A stretch of DNA of 64,000 bases from Dehalococcoidia bacterium. GTDB taxonomy: Bacteria; Chloroflexota; Dehalococcoidia; Bin125. Both the position numbers and the translations under genes were made by a program. Positions 1 to 9,649 of the stretch are shown one piece after another. Each line of letters begins with the position of its first letter. Positions within the stretch are counted from its first letter, which is position 1. Location of the stretch: contig OY820591.1 in NCBI GenBank assembly GCA_963555985.3, positions 2,464,001-2,528,000 on the forward strand, read 5' to 3'. Below the pieces are notes generated by a model, which did no database searches, was not told where the DNA came from, and worked only from the letters and a program-made list of their open reading frames with translations.

Positions 1-102
1 GCGTTTGCGGGGGATCCGGCGGCGGATATTCGCGCGCTTGGGGGGGCGGTGTTTGTGATGCAAGGTGGCGCGGTTGTCGTTGGGGCGGATTGGGACGGGT
101 AG
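1..102 (+). CDS. 3' end of amidohydrolase-family protein (partial)
   Basis: Frame 1 reads AFAGDPAADIRALGGAVFVMQGGAVV...*, matching the C-terminal GDPxxDI...FVMKGG pattern of amidohydrolases; TAG at 100-102. Confidence 0.65.
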   Translation, partial: AFAGDPAADIRALGGAVFVMQGGAVVVGADWDG

Positions 103-106
103 CCAG

Positions 107-155
107 ACCCCCCTCTGTCGCTGCGCGACATCTCCCCCGCGGTGCGGGGGGAGAG
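107..155. repeat. REP-like double-hairpin repeat, family A (ACCCCCCTCTG..hairpin..CATCTCCCCC-loop-GGGGGAGAG)
   Basis: Closely similar copies at 41321, 42695, 43482, 45776 and 50959; this copy lies between convergent genes. Confidence 0.85.
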
Positions 156-162
156 TTTTGCG

Positions 163-1671
163 CTACGGCAGTTTGAGCACGATCTCCCGACCTTGCCGTG
201 CCTCCAGATCGAGCTGCACGATCCGGTGGTTGTTCGTGTCAGCCACGAGCAGAGAGCGGCCGGGGCCGTTGGTCAGGCCACCTGGTTCGTCAAGCTGGAC
301 TTCGTTGAAGTTGCCCAGTGCGGATCCGTGGCTACCTACGAGAGTTGTGACATTCTCGGTGAGCGGGAAGACCTGCTTGATCTTGTGGTTGAAGGTGTCG
401 GCGACGTAGAGCTCGTCTCCGACTCGGGCTACGTCCAGGGGGTGTTGGAGACGGGCGACGGAGCGGCCGCCGTCGGCGTCCCCGAAGTGGAAGAGACCGC
501 CTTGGCCGGTCTTGCCGATGAAGGTCTGGACTCGGCCATCGGGATCCCAGGTCACTTCTCGTACTCCGCTTGACTCGGAGTCGGCGAAGGCGAGGCCGGA
601 CGGTCCGGGGGCGAGGCCGGAGACTTGCGCGAGTTCGGCGCGCATTCTTGGTCCGTCTTCGATTCCCTCGCGGCCGGAGCCTCCCCAAGGTCCCACGAAT
701 GAGCCTTCGCCGCGCTGTCCGTTGAGCGGCATTCGCCAGATCTGGTGAACGCCGGCCATCGCGATGAAGAGATCGTCGTTGTAGACGGCGACGTCCCAGG
801 GCGAGCTGAGGGCGGTGGCGGTGGCGGGGCGGCCTGAGGGCATCTGTCGGGCTTGTTCGCCGATGCCGGCGATCGTGTTCACGTCGCCAGAGGGGAGATC
901 GATCCGCCGGATTGCGTGGTTCTCGTTGTCGGCGACGTAGATGGCGTCGCCGTTGATGGCGACGCCCTGGGGTTGGTTGAATTTGGCTTCGGCTGCGGAA
1001 CCGTCCGAGAAACCGGCCTCCGAACCGCCGACGACCAGTGAAACGTTGCCGTCGATATCGGCGACCAGCACGCGGTCGTTGTTGGAGTCGGAGACGACCA
1101 AGCGGCCGGTGGCGTCGTCCCAGGCGACTTTGCCCGGGAATGAGAGGGCGCTTTCGCGTCCGGTCTCACGGACCAGGCCGAGGTTGCGGCGAGTGAGCAG
1201 CGATTCCTGGTCGTATTCACCGAGCCAGCCGTCGAGCAGCGGCGCGACCATTTCTTCGGTCAGTTCGCCCTCGTGCAGGCCGATCACGTTGCCGCGCGGG
1301 TCGATGAAGAAGAGTGTGGGCCAGGCGCGCGCGCCGAAGGTCTGCCAGTAGGCGAAGTCGGCGTCGTTGAGTACGGGATGCTCAATCCGCAGGCGCAGCA
1401 CGGCCTGGCGCAGGTTCTCGGTCTCGCGCTCGGTGGGGAACTTGGGCGAGTGGACGGAGACCACCTGGACGGTCTCGGCGTAGCGGCGCTCGATCTTCCG
1501 CAACTGCGGAAGCACGTGGAGGCAGTTGATTCAAGCGTAGGTCCAGAAGTGCAGAATCAGCAGGCGTCCGCGGAAGTCGCCGAGCGACAGTTCCCGGCCC
1601 GAGTTCAGCCAAGTCATTCCACTGGGAACGTCGGGGGCGGGGGTCTTGCCGAAGGCTCGTGAAGTCGTCAT
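163..1671 (-). CDS. Thioredoxin-like + NHL-repeat beta-propeller protein (NHLRC2-like), predicted selenoprotein (Sec at codon 47)
   Basis: ORF 163..1515 extends in frame through TGA (1531-1533) to ATG at 1671: ...WLNSGRELSLGDFRGRLLILHFWTYA-U-INCLHVLPQL..., aligning with the family WTYxCINC motif; VHSPKF, RAWPT and NHL repeats (VADTNNHRI) follow. Confidence 0.88.
1495..1512 (-). promoter_or_regulatory. Putative bacterial SECIS hairpin
   Basis: mRNA CUUCCGC-AGUU-GCGGAAG: perfect 7-bp stem whose loop starts 25 nt after the UGA and has GU at positions 2-3. Confidence 0.75.
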
Positions 1672-1725
1672 CGAGCGATCCGATCTGTAGGCGCAGCAGC
1701 GTTGCCGCGCAATCAGGGTAGTGGC

Positions 1726-3204
1726 TCAGTCGGGCTCAGCTTCGCTGCTGACGGAGCCCGGCCTCGTGTGCGTCAGTTTCAGGATTGGGCCGTTGAATGT
1801 GAGGATGTGAACTTCGCCCTCTGGGCCGTGGGCGAAACTCACGATCCGGGCGTCCAGATGGAGCACCTCCGTCATTGACCAGCCCGTCGCAGCGTCGGGA
1901 TCTTCCCACAAACCCCAGACTCGCCCGGAGCAGTAATCGGCGAAGAAGTACGGTGCAACTGCGCTCAGAATCGAGTCCCCGCCCGCCGCAGAGGTACGAT
2001 CCTTGCCTCGATAGACGACCCCGCCGGTGACCGAGCAGCCCTCGTCGTGGTTGTAGACCGCGACCGGCGGCACAGCCTCGAGTGCGTCGCAGCGATCCTG
2101 GCTGGCGAAGCAGCGGTCGCCCTCGAACACGCGCCAGCCCTGATTCGAGCCGGCTCCGACGATCGCGATCTCCTCGACCGCGTTCTGACCTACGTCGCCT
2201 ACCCAAAGCCGGCCGGTAGCGAGGTCGAACGACATTCGCCAGGGGTTGCGCAGGCCGTAGGCGTAGATCTCGGGCAAGACGCCCTCAACACCGACAAACG
2301 GGTTGTCAAGCGGGATGCGGTAGGGCTCTGCCGTGTCACTCCGGCTGACATCGAGGCGGATGATCGTGCCCAGCAGCGTTTCGGTGTTCTGTCCGTGTCC
2401 GTGAGGGTCATTCGCCGCGCCGCCGTCGCCGATGCCGAGATAGAGCATTCCGTCCGGCCCGAAGCGCACAGCGCCGCCGTTGTGGTTGGGGTACGGCTGA
2501 CCGATCTCAATGATCACCAGTTCCGATGCAGGTATCGCCGCGCCTTGCATGATCAAGAATCGCGACAGCCGTGAGCGTCCACCCTCACGCGGTGAGTAGT
2601 AGACGTAGAGATAGGGATCGGATTCGAACTGTGGATCGAGCGCAAAGCTCAGCAATCCCTCTTCCCCACCGAAGCGAACCGCATCGGTCAGATCGAGGAC
2701 GCCAAACTGTTCGACTCCATCCTCGGTCTCGACGAACCGTGTGATCGAACCGCGTTGCTCGGCGATCAGGAGCGAGCCGTCAGGCAGCGCGGCCAACTCT
2801 ATGGGTTGCTGGAATTGGTACTCGTCCAGGATCGGTTCCAGATCGAACGTGAACAGAAAGAGCGGAAACTCGCCCGGCGCAACGAACACACGGCCACTAC
2901 CGTCCGTGCTGATCTGCACCGTGGTGCGAATCTCTCCGCCCGATTGCTGCTCGTTCTCCGCCAGCCGTGATTGCTGCAAAGCCTGCTCGAACGCACCCTG
3001 CTGATCTTGATCAGCGGCCTCCTCGTCCCGACTCGCTCGAACTTCCTCCGAAGCCGGCTGCGCTGGCTGCGGCTGCTCCGATTGCGCCTGGGCTGCCACA
3101 GGAGCGGCTTGCTCTCTGCCGCTGGGCGTCTCCTCGCCGGAACAGGCTGCAAACAGCAAGAGGACGAGCGCGAACACAGCGCAGCTACGGATCGAACGGC
3201 TCAT
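1726..3204 (-). CDS. PQQ-dependent sugar (glucose/sorbosone) dehydrogenase-family lipoprotein
   Basis: Lipobox FAAC; motifs EEGLLS, NHNGG..FGPDGMLY..GDGG, AYGLRNPWR, GDVGQ. Confidence 0.9.
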   Translation of the reverse strand: MSRSIRSCAVFALVLLLFAACSGEETPSGREQAAPVAAQAQSEQPQPAQPASEEVRASRDEEAADQDQQGAFEQALQQSRLAENEQQSGGEIRTTVQISTDGSGRVFVAPGEFPLFLFTFDLEPILDEYQFQQPIELAALPDGSLLIAEQRGSITRFVETEDGVEQFGVLDLTDAVRFGGEEGLLSFALDPQFESDPYLYVYYSPREGGRSRLSRFLIMQGAAIPASELVIIEIGQPYPNHNGGAVRFGPDGMLYLGIGDGGAANDPHGHGQNTETLLGTIIRLDVSRSDTAEPYRIPLDNPFVGVEGVLPEIYAYGLRNPWRMSFDLATGRLWVGDVGQNAVEEIAIVGAGSNQGWRVFEGDRCFASQDRCDALEAVPPVAVYNHDEGCSVTGGVVYRGKDRTSAAGGDSILSAVAPYFFADYCSGRVWGLWEDPDAATGWSMTEVLHLDARIVSFAHGPEGEVHILTFNGPILKLTHTRPGSVSSEAEPD

Positions 3205-3607
3205 AGCGCAGGAGGGTGGTCTCGGTACCGGGCAGGTCGTCGAAGATTGGGCGGACTCTCATGCCAACCGTGATCGCGTCTTCTTCTACGTTGACCAGAG
3301 TTGAGGTCAGCCGGGGACCCTCGTCCAGTTCGACCACGGCGATGATCTGGGGTTCGTCGCCGGCGAAGTCGGGGGCGGTGGGACGGCGCGCGATCGTGTA
3401 GGTGTAGAGCGTGCCTTCCCCGGAGATTTCGCGCCACTCCAGGTCGTCTTCGAGAGTCAGCGGCGCGTGCGAGCGGGGATAGAAGACCCACTGATCGCTG
3501 GAGGGGGAGTACTGGATTTTGACCTTGCGCTCGCGCAGGCCGTCCCAGAAGGGTTGAGTGCGCGGGATCGGCGTGGGCAGCGGGCGATCGACCTGCGGGT
3601 CGGGCAT
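3185..3607 (-). CDS. DUF35 (rubredoxin-like/OB-fold) protein
   Basis: TQPFWDG, W...SGEGTLYTYT, VVELDEGPRL, VGMRV; coupled to the thiolase-like gene. Confidence 0.88.
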   Translation of the reverse strand: MPDPQVDRPLPTPIPRTQPFWDGLRERKVKIQYSPSSDQWVFYPRSHAPLTLEDDLEWREISGEGTLYTYTIARRPTAPDFAGDEPQIIAVVELDEGPRLTSTLVNVEEDAITVGMRVRPIFDDLPGTETTLLRYEPFDP

Positions 3608-4806
3608 TAGTCGCCCTCCAGGATTAAGGCGACCTGCTCCGACATCAGACCGCCGTTGCCGGTGATGAAGGCGACATCGGCGTCGGGTACCTGGTGATCT
3701 TCTCCACGCCGCATTACCTGCCGCGCGCCCTCGGTGATGTGCGACATCCCGCCCGCGAGTCCGGCTTGTCCGAAGCCAAGCTGCCCGCCGTGCGTATTGC
3801 AGGGAAAGTCGCCTCGGAACGAGAGGTCGTGCTCACGCACGAACGGCTGACCCTCGCCACGCGGACAGAAGCCCGCGTCCTCGATCGTCATCAGAACGGT
3901 GATCGTGTAGCAGTCGTAGACCGAGATCAGGTCCACCTCGTCGCGCGAGCGTCCGGCCATGCTGAAGGCTTGCTCGGCAGCCGGGATCAGGGCGGTAGAG
4001 AGCAGGTCCTCGGCGTAGGTCGGAGTCTTGTGCAGGACGCGCTCGCCGAAGCCGGTGATCCAGGCGGGGCGATGGTTCGACTGCTGCGCGAACTCCTTGC
4101 CCGCGACCACGATTGCCGCACCGCCGACGCAGGGCATCACGATCTCGAGCATGTGGATGGGATCGGAGATCATCGGCGAGTTGAGCACATCTTCGACCGT
4201 GATCGGCACGTGGTGGAAGACGGCGGCGGGATTGTGGTTGGCGGAGACGCGCTGGTCGACGGCGATCTTGGCGAGCGCTTCGGCGTCGTAGCCGTACTCC
4301 GCGCCGTACTTCATCGCGATCTGGGCGTAGCCGCAGTTCTGGGCGACGTTGCCGTAGGGGATGTCGAATTCGGCCTGGGGCGATCCGTAGTTGGCGGAGG
4401 ACGCGCCGTAGCGCCAACTGCTCGGTCCGCTGGGCGGAAGCGGAGGCCGGGGCGAGGGCCAGGAGGGCGCGCCAATCACAACGACATTGCACAACCCCAG
4501 TTCAATCGCCGCCGCCGCGCGCCAGACCATCGCCGCGCAGGAGGCGCCACCCAGGTCGACGACCTCAGCGAAGTTGACCTGCATCCCCAAGTACTCGGCG
4601 ATGGTCGAGGGCACGAACGAGTCCGACTCGCGGATGTTGGTGCAGCAGATGCCGTCTACGTCGCGGGGGTCGATGCCGGCGTCGTCGAGGGCTTCACGGG
4701 TGAGTTGGGCCCACTGTTCGAGGGTGAAGATGGGCGGGGTCGTTGGCCGGCGTTCGGGTTTCCACTCGGCAATGCCGACGATGGCGGCTTCTCCTCTGAG
4801 TCCCAT
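3607..4806 (-). CDS. Thiolase-superfamily protein (SCP-x/Ltp2-like)
   Basis: AAIVGIAE, NPAA, SPMISDP, YDCYT, NTHGGQL motifs. Confidence 0.88.
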   Translation of the reverse strand: MGLRGEAAIVGIAEWKPERRPTTPPIFTLEQWAQLTREALDDAGIDPRDVDGICCTNIRESDSFVPSTIAEYLGMQVNFAEVVDLGGASCAAMVWRAAAAIELGLCNVVVIGAPSWPSPRPPLPPSGPSSWRYGASSANYGSPQAEFDIPYGNVAQNCGYAQIAMKYGAEYGYDAEALAKIAVDQRVSANHNPAAVFHHVPITVEDVLNSPMISDPIHMLEIVMPCVGGAAIVVAGKEFAQQSNHRPAWITGFGERVLHKTPTYAEDLLSTALIPAAEQAFSMAGRSRDEVDLISVYDCYTITVLMTIEDAGFCPRGEGQPFVREHDLSFRGDFPCNTHGGQLGFGQAGLAGGMSHITEGARQVMRRGEDHQVPDADVAFITGNGGLMSEQVALILEGD

Positions 4807-4867
4807 GGGTTGGCTCCTGTTCCGATCACAGGAGCAGTCTAGGTTGATGGTGAGGTTTGCCGGATTG

Positions 4868-5356
4868 TCAGGCCGATCGTGCGAAAGACGCCGCCTCCGG
4901 CGGCGTTGCGACGGCGCAATCCTCCACGACCAAGGAGCGTCCGAGCACGGACAGGGCGCGCTGCACGGTGGTCATGTGGGTGCGGTATCGCGGATCGAGC
5001 AGCCGGCGCACCTTCTCGTCGTCCATATCCAGTTTCTTAGCCAGCATTGCGGGCGACATTCCCTGCTCGCGCATGGCGGTGTAGACCGCCAGCTTGGCGG
5101 CGACGAGCGGCGAGACAGAGATCATGACCTCACCATTCAATGGAGAACTGGGAGTTGGAAGCATTTCGCCGTCTTTGACGTAGAACCCTAGGGCGACACC
5201 CAAGCAATCGCTCGCCATGTCGATCGCCTCAGCCCAAGAGCAACCCCCTGTGATCGCAGGTTCTACATCGCGGAAGGTCACCACATACGCCTCTCGACCC
5301 GTGGCCTGGAATTCTTCGACATCACGTTCGATCAGGCAAGGGTAGGAATAGCGCAT
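4868..5356 (-). CDS. hicB: HicB-family antitoxin with C-terminal HTH
   Basis: YVVTFRDV..AIT.G....EAIDMA.D.L, LPTPS, AAKLAVY.AMRE, VRRLLDP. Confidence 0.88.
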   Translation of the reverse strand: MRYSYPCLIERDVEEFQATGREAYVVTFRDVEPAITGGCSWAEAIDMASDCLGVALGFYVKDGEMLPTPSSPLNGEVMISVSPLVAAKLAVYTAMREQGMSPAMLAKKLDMDDEKVRRLLDPRYRTHMTTVQRALSVLGRSLVVEDCAVATPPEAASFARSA

Positions 5357-5359
5357 GAA

Positions 5360-5566
5360 TCAGAACTCCTCGCGGTTGATCCTCAGCTTCTTCAGGATAC
5401 CGTTCAGCGTGCCAGTGCGAATTTCACCGCTCGGAATCGTGGACGTGTATGGGCCGAGGGTGAACTGCCAGTGGCTGCCTTTACCTCGTTCCGTATCAAC
5501 TTCGTAAGGCAGCCGTTTTCTGCGAGCGTACCTTCTCGCTCGTCTGAGGAATTCTTGGTCGTTCAC
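5360..5566 (-). CDS. hicA: HicA-family toxin (68 aa)
   Basis: C-terminal part of track ORF 5360..6313; GTG at 5566 overlaps the upstream stop (GTGA); RGKGSH motif and EIRTGTL..I.K.L. Confidence 0.85.
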   Translation of the reverse strand: MNDQEFLRRARRYARRKRLPYEVDTERGKGSHWQFTLGPYTSTIPSGEIRTGTLNGILKKLRINREEF

Positions 5567-7977
5567 GCCAGCTTGACTGGTTCCGACCAGACGACGCCTT
5601 CCGATCGCAACCGTTCGATCTCTTCGCCTCTGCCGATCTCCGACAGAAGCTCGTCTGTCTCTTGGCCGGCCAGGACGCCGTGGGCGTAGCCGTCTCGCCG
5701 GCCTGCACAGCGCGTGAGCGCTCCCCAGCGGCGGATTTGGCCTAGACGCCGGTGCTCGGCGTAGGGAGCGAATTCGTTGGCCTGGACGTGTTCGTCGTGG
5801 AGGAAGAACTGGCCTGCGTGACCGGAATCGGCGACGACGCAGCCGACTCCGACGGCGGTGAGGCGGGTTTCCCACTCGGCGGCGGGGGCTTGGGCGAAGA
5901 CCGCAGCGATGGCGGCGGTCATTGCGTCTTCGTCGTCCGTGCTGAGATCGGAGAGCTGCGGCGCAGCTCCGTTGCAGAATGCCGACCACTCCTCGTCGGT
6001 CAGGGCGGCGAAGAAGACCCAGCCCTCTGAGGCGGGGTAGAGCCGGTATCGGGGCGCGGTGCCGTAGAGCTCGCCGTCGACCTGGCGGCGCGAGGGCTTG
6101 CCTTCGTATTGGAGGAAGTCGTCGTGGTTGGCGTAGGCGTTGGCGGTGAGCATGTTGACGAAGATTTGCTGACCGACGCCGTAGCGACGCTGCGCGTAGA
6201 GGCCTAGCAGCGTCGCGGACGCGACCAGTACGCCCGTGTTCGGATCGGGATTGGCTTCGTTCGCTCGCATCAGTTGACGCGAGGCTTCGCGGATTTCTTC
6301 GATGGTCTCGCAACCGGCGGGGGGCATTGCAGAGCCGGCCTGGTAGAGCGCTCCGCCGACGGCCGCGCCAGGGATCGGGTGCGCCGAGGGGCGGCGCGCG
6401 CCGGGGGCATCGGGGCCGTAGCCGTTGGCGGAGACCCAGACGATCTCAGGATTGATCGCTTTGGCGGTCTCGTAGCCGATGCCGAGGCGGTCGGGCACGC
6501 CGGGGCGGTAGTTGTGGACAATGGCGTCGGCCTGCGCGATCAGGTCGGCGACGATCGCCTGGCCCTCGGGAGACTTGAGGTCGATGCAGATGCTCTCTTT
6601 GGCCGCGTTGGTCTTGGATGCGAGCAGACCGGTCAGCGGGCCTGCGCCCATGCCGCGGAAGGGATCGCCGCCGATCGGTTCGACCTTGATCACACGCGCG
6701 CCCAGATCGGCGAGCATCGAGACGCCGATCGGGGTAGCGATGATGGTGGCGAATTCGAGGATGGTGAAGCCGTCCAGTGGTTTACCGGAGGGCGCCGCGC
6801 CGTTCGGTGTCGTGGACATCGGCACATCGTTTTCTGTGCCGTTGCGCGACGCCCAACTGAAGCCGTTGGCTTCTCCGACCGCCGGTGCGGGACGGACGAT
6901 CTCCGCCGGCGTCTCGCGCAGGTGGGCGATCGGGCCGAGCTGCTTGACCGGGCCGAGTTCAGGATCGTTCAGCGTGAGCGTGTCGCCGTTGGCGGCCATG
7001 TCGAGGTTGTCGACGGCCTCATGGGTAGGGGTGAACGGCTCTGCGGCGATGTTGCCCTGAGCGCGGAAGAGCTCCATCCACTCGTCGCAGGTCTTCTCCT
7101 GCATCCGCTCGAGGATGCGGTCGCGCATCTCCTCCGTCGCTTCGGGCGTCCACTCGGCCTGCCCTCCCTGCCACTGCTCTTCGGCGAAGAGCAGAGTCAG
7201 ATCGGCGGCGTCCATGAAGGCGTAGAAGAGATGCTCAAGCAGATTGCCGAGTTGGATCCAGCGCCCGTCGCGGGTCATCACCGGGTGATAGTTCAGGGTC
7301 GGCATTCCGCCGCCGATGTTGAAGATCTGCGGGTAGCTCTCAGGCTCGCGCTCGTGCAGTTCGGACAGGAGTAGTTGCAGCAGATCGAAGGGAAGCATTC
7401 CTTGCAGCAGCGACGTTTCGACGATCTGTCCGCGCCCGCAGCGTTGGCGCTCAATGAGGGCCGCGAGAATGCCCTGGACCGCGCCCTGGGAGGCGGCGTG
7501 TCCGCCAACGGGAACAGCGGCAAAGCCCGGACCTTCGCGCAGGCGCTGACCGGTGAAACCGACCATGCGTCCCGATTTGGCCGCGACCACGCCCTCGTAG
7601 GCGGGGTACTCGGCGTATGGGCCATCGGGACCCCAGCCGGTGATCGAGCAGAAGATCGCCGCTTCGTTGAGGGCGCGGATGTCGCCGTATTCGAGGTTTC
7701 GCGCGGCGGCCTGAGCGGGGGAATCGGTCGAGACCACCACGTCCGCCTCGCGGATCAGCGCCTCCAGGCGAGACCGATCCGCAACCAGATCCAGCTCCAG
7801 CGAGCGCTTGCCGCGCAGCCACATCGGAGCGGCCGCCAGCGTCCGCCAGGGGTCGCCGCCGAGCGGCTCGACCTTGACCACCTCTGCGCCGAAGTCGGCG
7901 AGGATCATGGTGGCGATCCCGCCGACGGGTCCGGTGGAGAGGTCGAGGACGCGGGTGTCGGTCAACAGTGGGGCCAT
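5563..7977 (-). CDS. Two-domain class III CoA-transferase (CaiB/BaiF family)
   Basis: Two repeats of LAD.GA.V.KVEP..GD and K.S..LDL. Confidence 0.9.
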   Translation of the reverse strand: MAPLLTDTRVLDLSTGPVGGIATMILADFGAEVVKVEPLGGDPWRTLAAAPMWLRGKRSLELDLVADRSRLEALIREADVVVSTDSPAQAAARNLEYGDIRALNEAAIFCSITGWGPDGPYAEYPAYEGVVAAKSGRMVGFTGQRLREGPGFAAVPVGGHAASQGAVQGILAALIERQRCGRGQIVETSLLQGMLPFDLLQLLLSELHEREPESYPQIFNIGGGMPTLNYHPVMTRDGRWIQLGNLLEHLFYAFMDAADLTLLFAEEQWQGGQAEWTPEATEEMRDRILERMQEKTCDEWMELFRAQGNIAAEPFTPTHEAVDNLDMAANGDTLTLNDPELGPVKQLGPIAHLRETPAEIVRPAPAVGEANGFSWASRNGTENDVPMSTTPNGAAPSGKPLDGFTILEFATIIATPIGVSMLADLGARVIKVEPIGGDPFRGMGAGPLTGLLASKTNAAKESICIDLKSPEGQAIVADLIAQADAIVHNYRPGVPDRLGIGYETAKAINPEIVWVSANGYGPDAPGARRPSAHPIPGAAVGGALYQAGSAMPPAGCETIEEIREASRQLMRANEANPDPNTGVLVASATLLGLYAQRRYGVGQQIFVNMLTANAYANHDDFLQYEGKPSRRQVDGELYGTAPRYRLYPASEGWVFFAALTDEEWSAFCNGAAPQLSDLSTDDEDAMTAAIAAVFAQAPAAEWETRLTAVGVGCVVADSGHAGQFFLHDEHVQANEFAPYAEHRRLGQIRRWGALTRCAGRRDGYAHGVLAGQETDELLSEIGRGEEIERLRSEGVVWSEPVKLA

Positions 7978-8115
7978 GAGTTGTCTCCTGAGGGCAGTCT
8001 CAGGAGCAGATTAGCTGGGGTCTGGGACTGGCGCAGGACAGCGACCTGCACTCGCGCTGATTGCGAGCGCACAGTTGGATGTGGGAACCTGCGGTTCGGA
8101 AGAGGGGTCGTCTAG

Positions 8116-9594
8116 ATGGCCGATACCGAACCTGTCGTTGCATATGAGTGGCAACCGATCGAAGACCTGCCGGCAGATTGGCGGGCGCTCTGCCGCGACG
8201 ATCTCCACGCGGTGCATCGGCAGTGGCTCGCCGATCGAGCGCTGGTCAAGGATGAGTCCAAGCTCAGGAAGTTCCAAGAACAGCTCGCCGTCCTCTGGGC
8301 AATCGAGACTGGCATCATCGAACGGCTCTATCGGGTCGATCGTGGCGTCACCGTGCAGATACTCGAAGCGGGGATGGAGGCGCTCGGCCAGTTTCACGCC
8401 AAGGGGTTGCTGACAAGCGATGCGCGAGCGCTGATCACGGATCAACGGGAAGCGCTGGAAATGGTAATGGATCTGATCGGGGGCACGCGCGAACTCACTG
8501 CGTCGTACATGAAGGAGCTGCATCAGCGCCTGACACTGAGCCAAGCCACGACTGAAGCCGAAGACCAGTTCGGGCGCCGCATGGAGGTCGCTCTCTTCAA
8601 GGGAGACTGGAAGAAGCGAGAGAACAACCCTCGCCGGCCCGACGGTTCGATTCACCAATACTGCCCACCCGAGTTCGTTCAGGACGAAATCGATCGACTC
8701 CTGTCATGGCGTCAAGAGCATGAGTCACTGGGCGTCTGTGCCGAGGTCGAGGCGGCCTGGCTTCATCATCGTTTCACCCAGATACATCCATTTCAAGATG
8801 GCAACGGGCGCGTGGCGCGAGCGATCACGAGCGCGGTGTTCCTTAGGGCGAACTACCTCGTCTTGGTCGTGCGCGATCAAGAGCATCGCGAGCGCTATCT
8901 CGATGCGCTCGAATCCGCCGATCACGGCGACCTGAAACCGCTGGTCAATCTCTTCGCCGATATTCAGATCGGCGATCTGCAGAATGCGATCCAGTCCCTA
9001 CGGGAGCTTCGCGGCGAACCCGTCGTTCGCGTCGCAGAATCGATCGCGGAGCGCGCCAAGCGGCGGATGGAATCGTCGCAGGAACAGGCCGCCCGAATCA
9101 TGGATGGCCTCTGGCAGATTGCCCACACCAGACTCGAAGAAGCCGCGGGCGAACTAACTCGCGCCTTCGACGATGCGGGCGTAACCGTGGAGGCGCTAGT
9201 CGGGACAGACGACGACCGGCAAGACTGGTGGCGCTTCCAAATCATCGAAGCTGCTAGACAGCACGAGTACTTCGCCGATCTCAATCGTCCGCGTCGTTGG
9301 GTATCGTTGCGGCTCGGCCTGCCGGGGCTCGATCAGGCTCAGTCGCGGCTCGTCATTTCGTTTCATGCCGTCGGACGCTCGGCCGATCTGCACGCTGCCA
9401 CCGCTTTCCTCACTCACTCGCTCAGCAGCGGGGAGAGCGACCAAGCGCCGCGCTGGGAGAGTGAGACGATCCCGGATCAGGCTTTCAAGTTCGGTACGGA
9501 AACTACAACTCTCGAGGCGATCGAGGAGAATTTCCGCGCCTGGCTCGAGCGCACAGTGGAGAATGGCTTGGCGCTTTGGGGTGAGCAGCTCTGA
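8116..9594 (+). CDS. Fic-domain protein
   Basis: Canonical HPFQDGNGRVAR motif; about 200-aa uncharacterised C-terminal extension. Confidence 0.9.
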   Translation: MADTEPVVAYEWQPIEDLPADWRALCRDDLHAVHRQWLADRALVKDESKLRKFQEQLAVLWAIETGIIERLYRVDRGVTVQILEAGMEALGQFHAKGLLTSDARALITDQREALEMVMDLIGGTRELTASYMKELHQRLTLSQATTEAEDQFGRRMEVALFKGDWKKRENNPRRPDGSIHQYCPPEFVQDEIDRLLSWRQEHESLGVCAEVEAAWLHHRFTQIHPFQDGNGRVARAITSAVFLRANYLVLVVRDQEHRERYLDALESADHGDLKPLVNLFADIQIGDLQNAIQSLRELRGEPVVRVAESIAERAKRRMESSQEQAARIMDGLWQIAHTRLEEAAGELTRAFDDAGVTVEALVGTDDDRQDWWRFQIIEAARQHEYFADLNRPRRWVSLRLGLPGLDQAQSRLVISFHAVGRSADLHAATAFLTHSLSSGESDQAPRWESETIPDQAFKFGTETTTLEAIEENFRAWLERTVENGLALWGEQL

Positions 9595-9649
9595 GCGCGC
9601 TTCCTCCCGTGCGGCGGCAGCCCTACGCTGACCTTTGGAGACCTCCCAG

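Noticed and set aside
1516-1671. NHL/thioredoxin gene as a nonsense pseudogene or starting at 1515
   Set aside because: The single TGA is at the catalytic Cys position and is followed by a SECIS-like hairpin; Sec recoding explains it better
5567-6313. N-terminal 249 aa of the 317-aa track ORF 5360..6313
   Set aside because: Off-frame overlap with the CoA-transferase; only the last 68 aa are HicA-like
8085-8097. GAAC-CTGCG-GTTC upstream of fic as an SOS box
   Set aside because: Spacer is 5 nt rather than 4 and no clear promoter overlaps it
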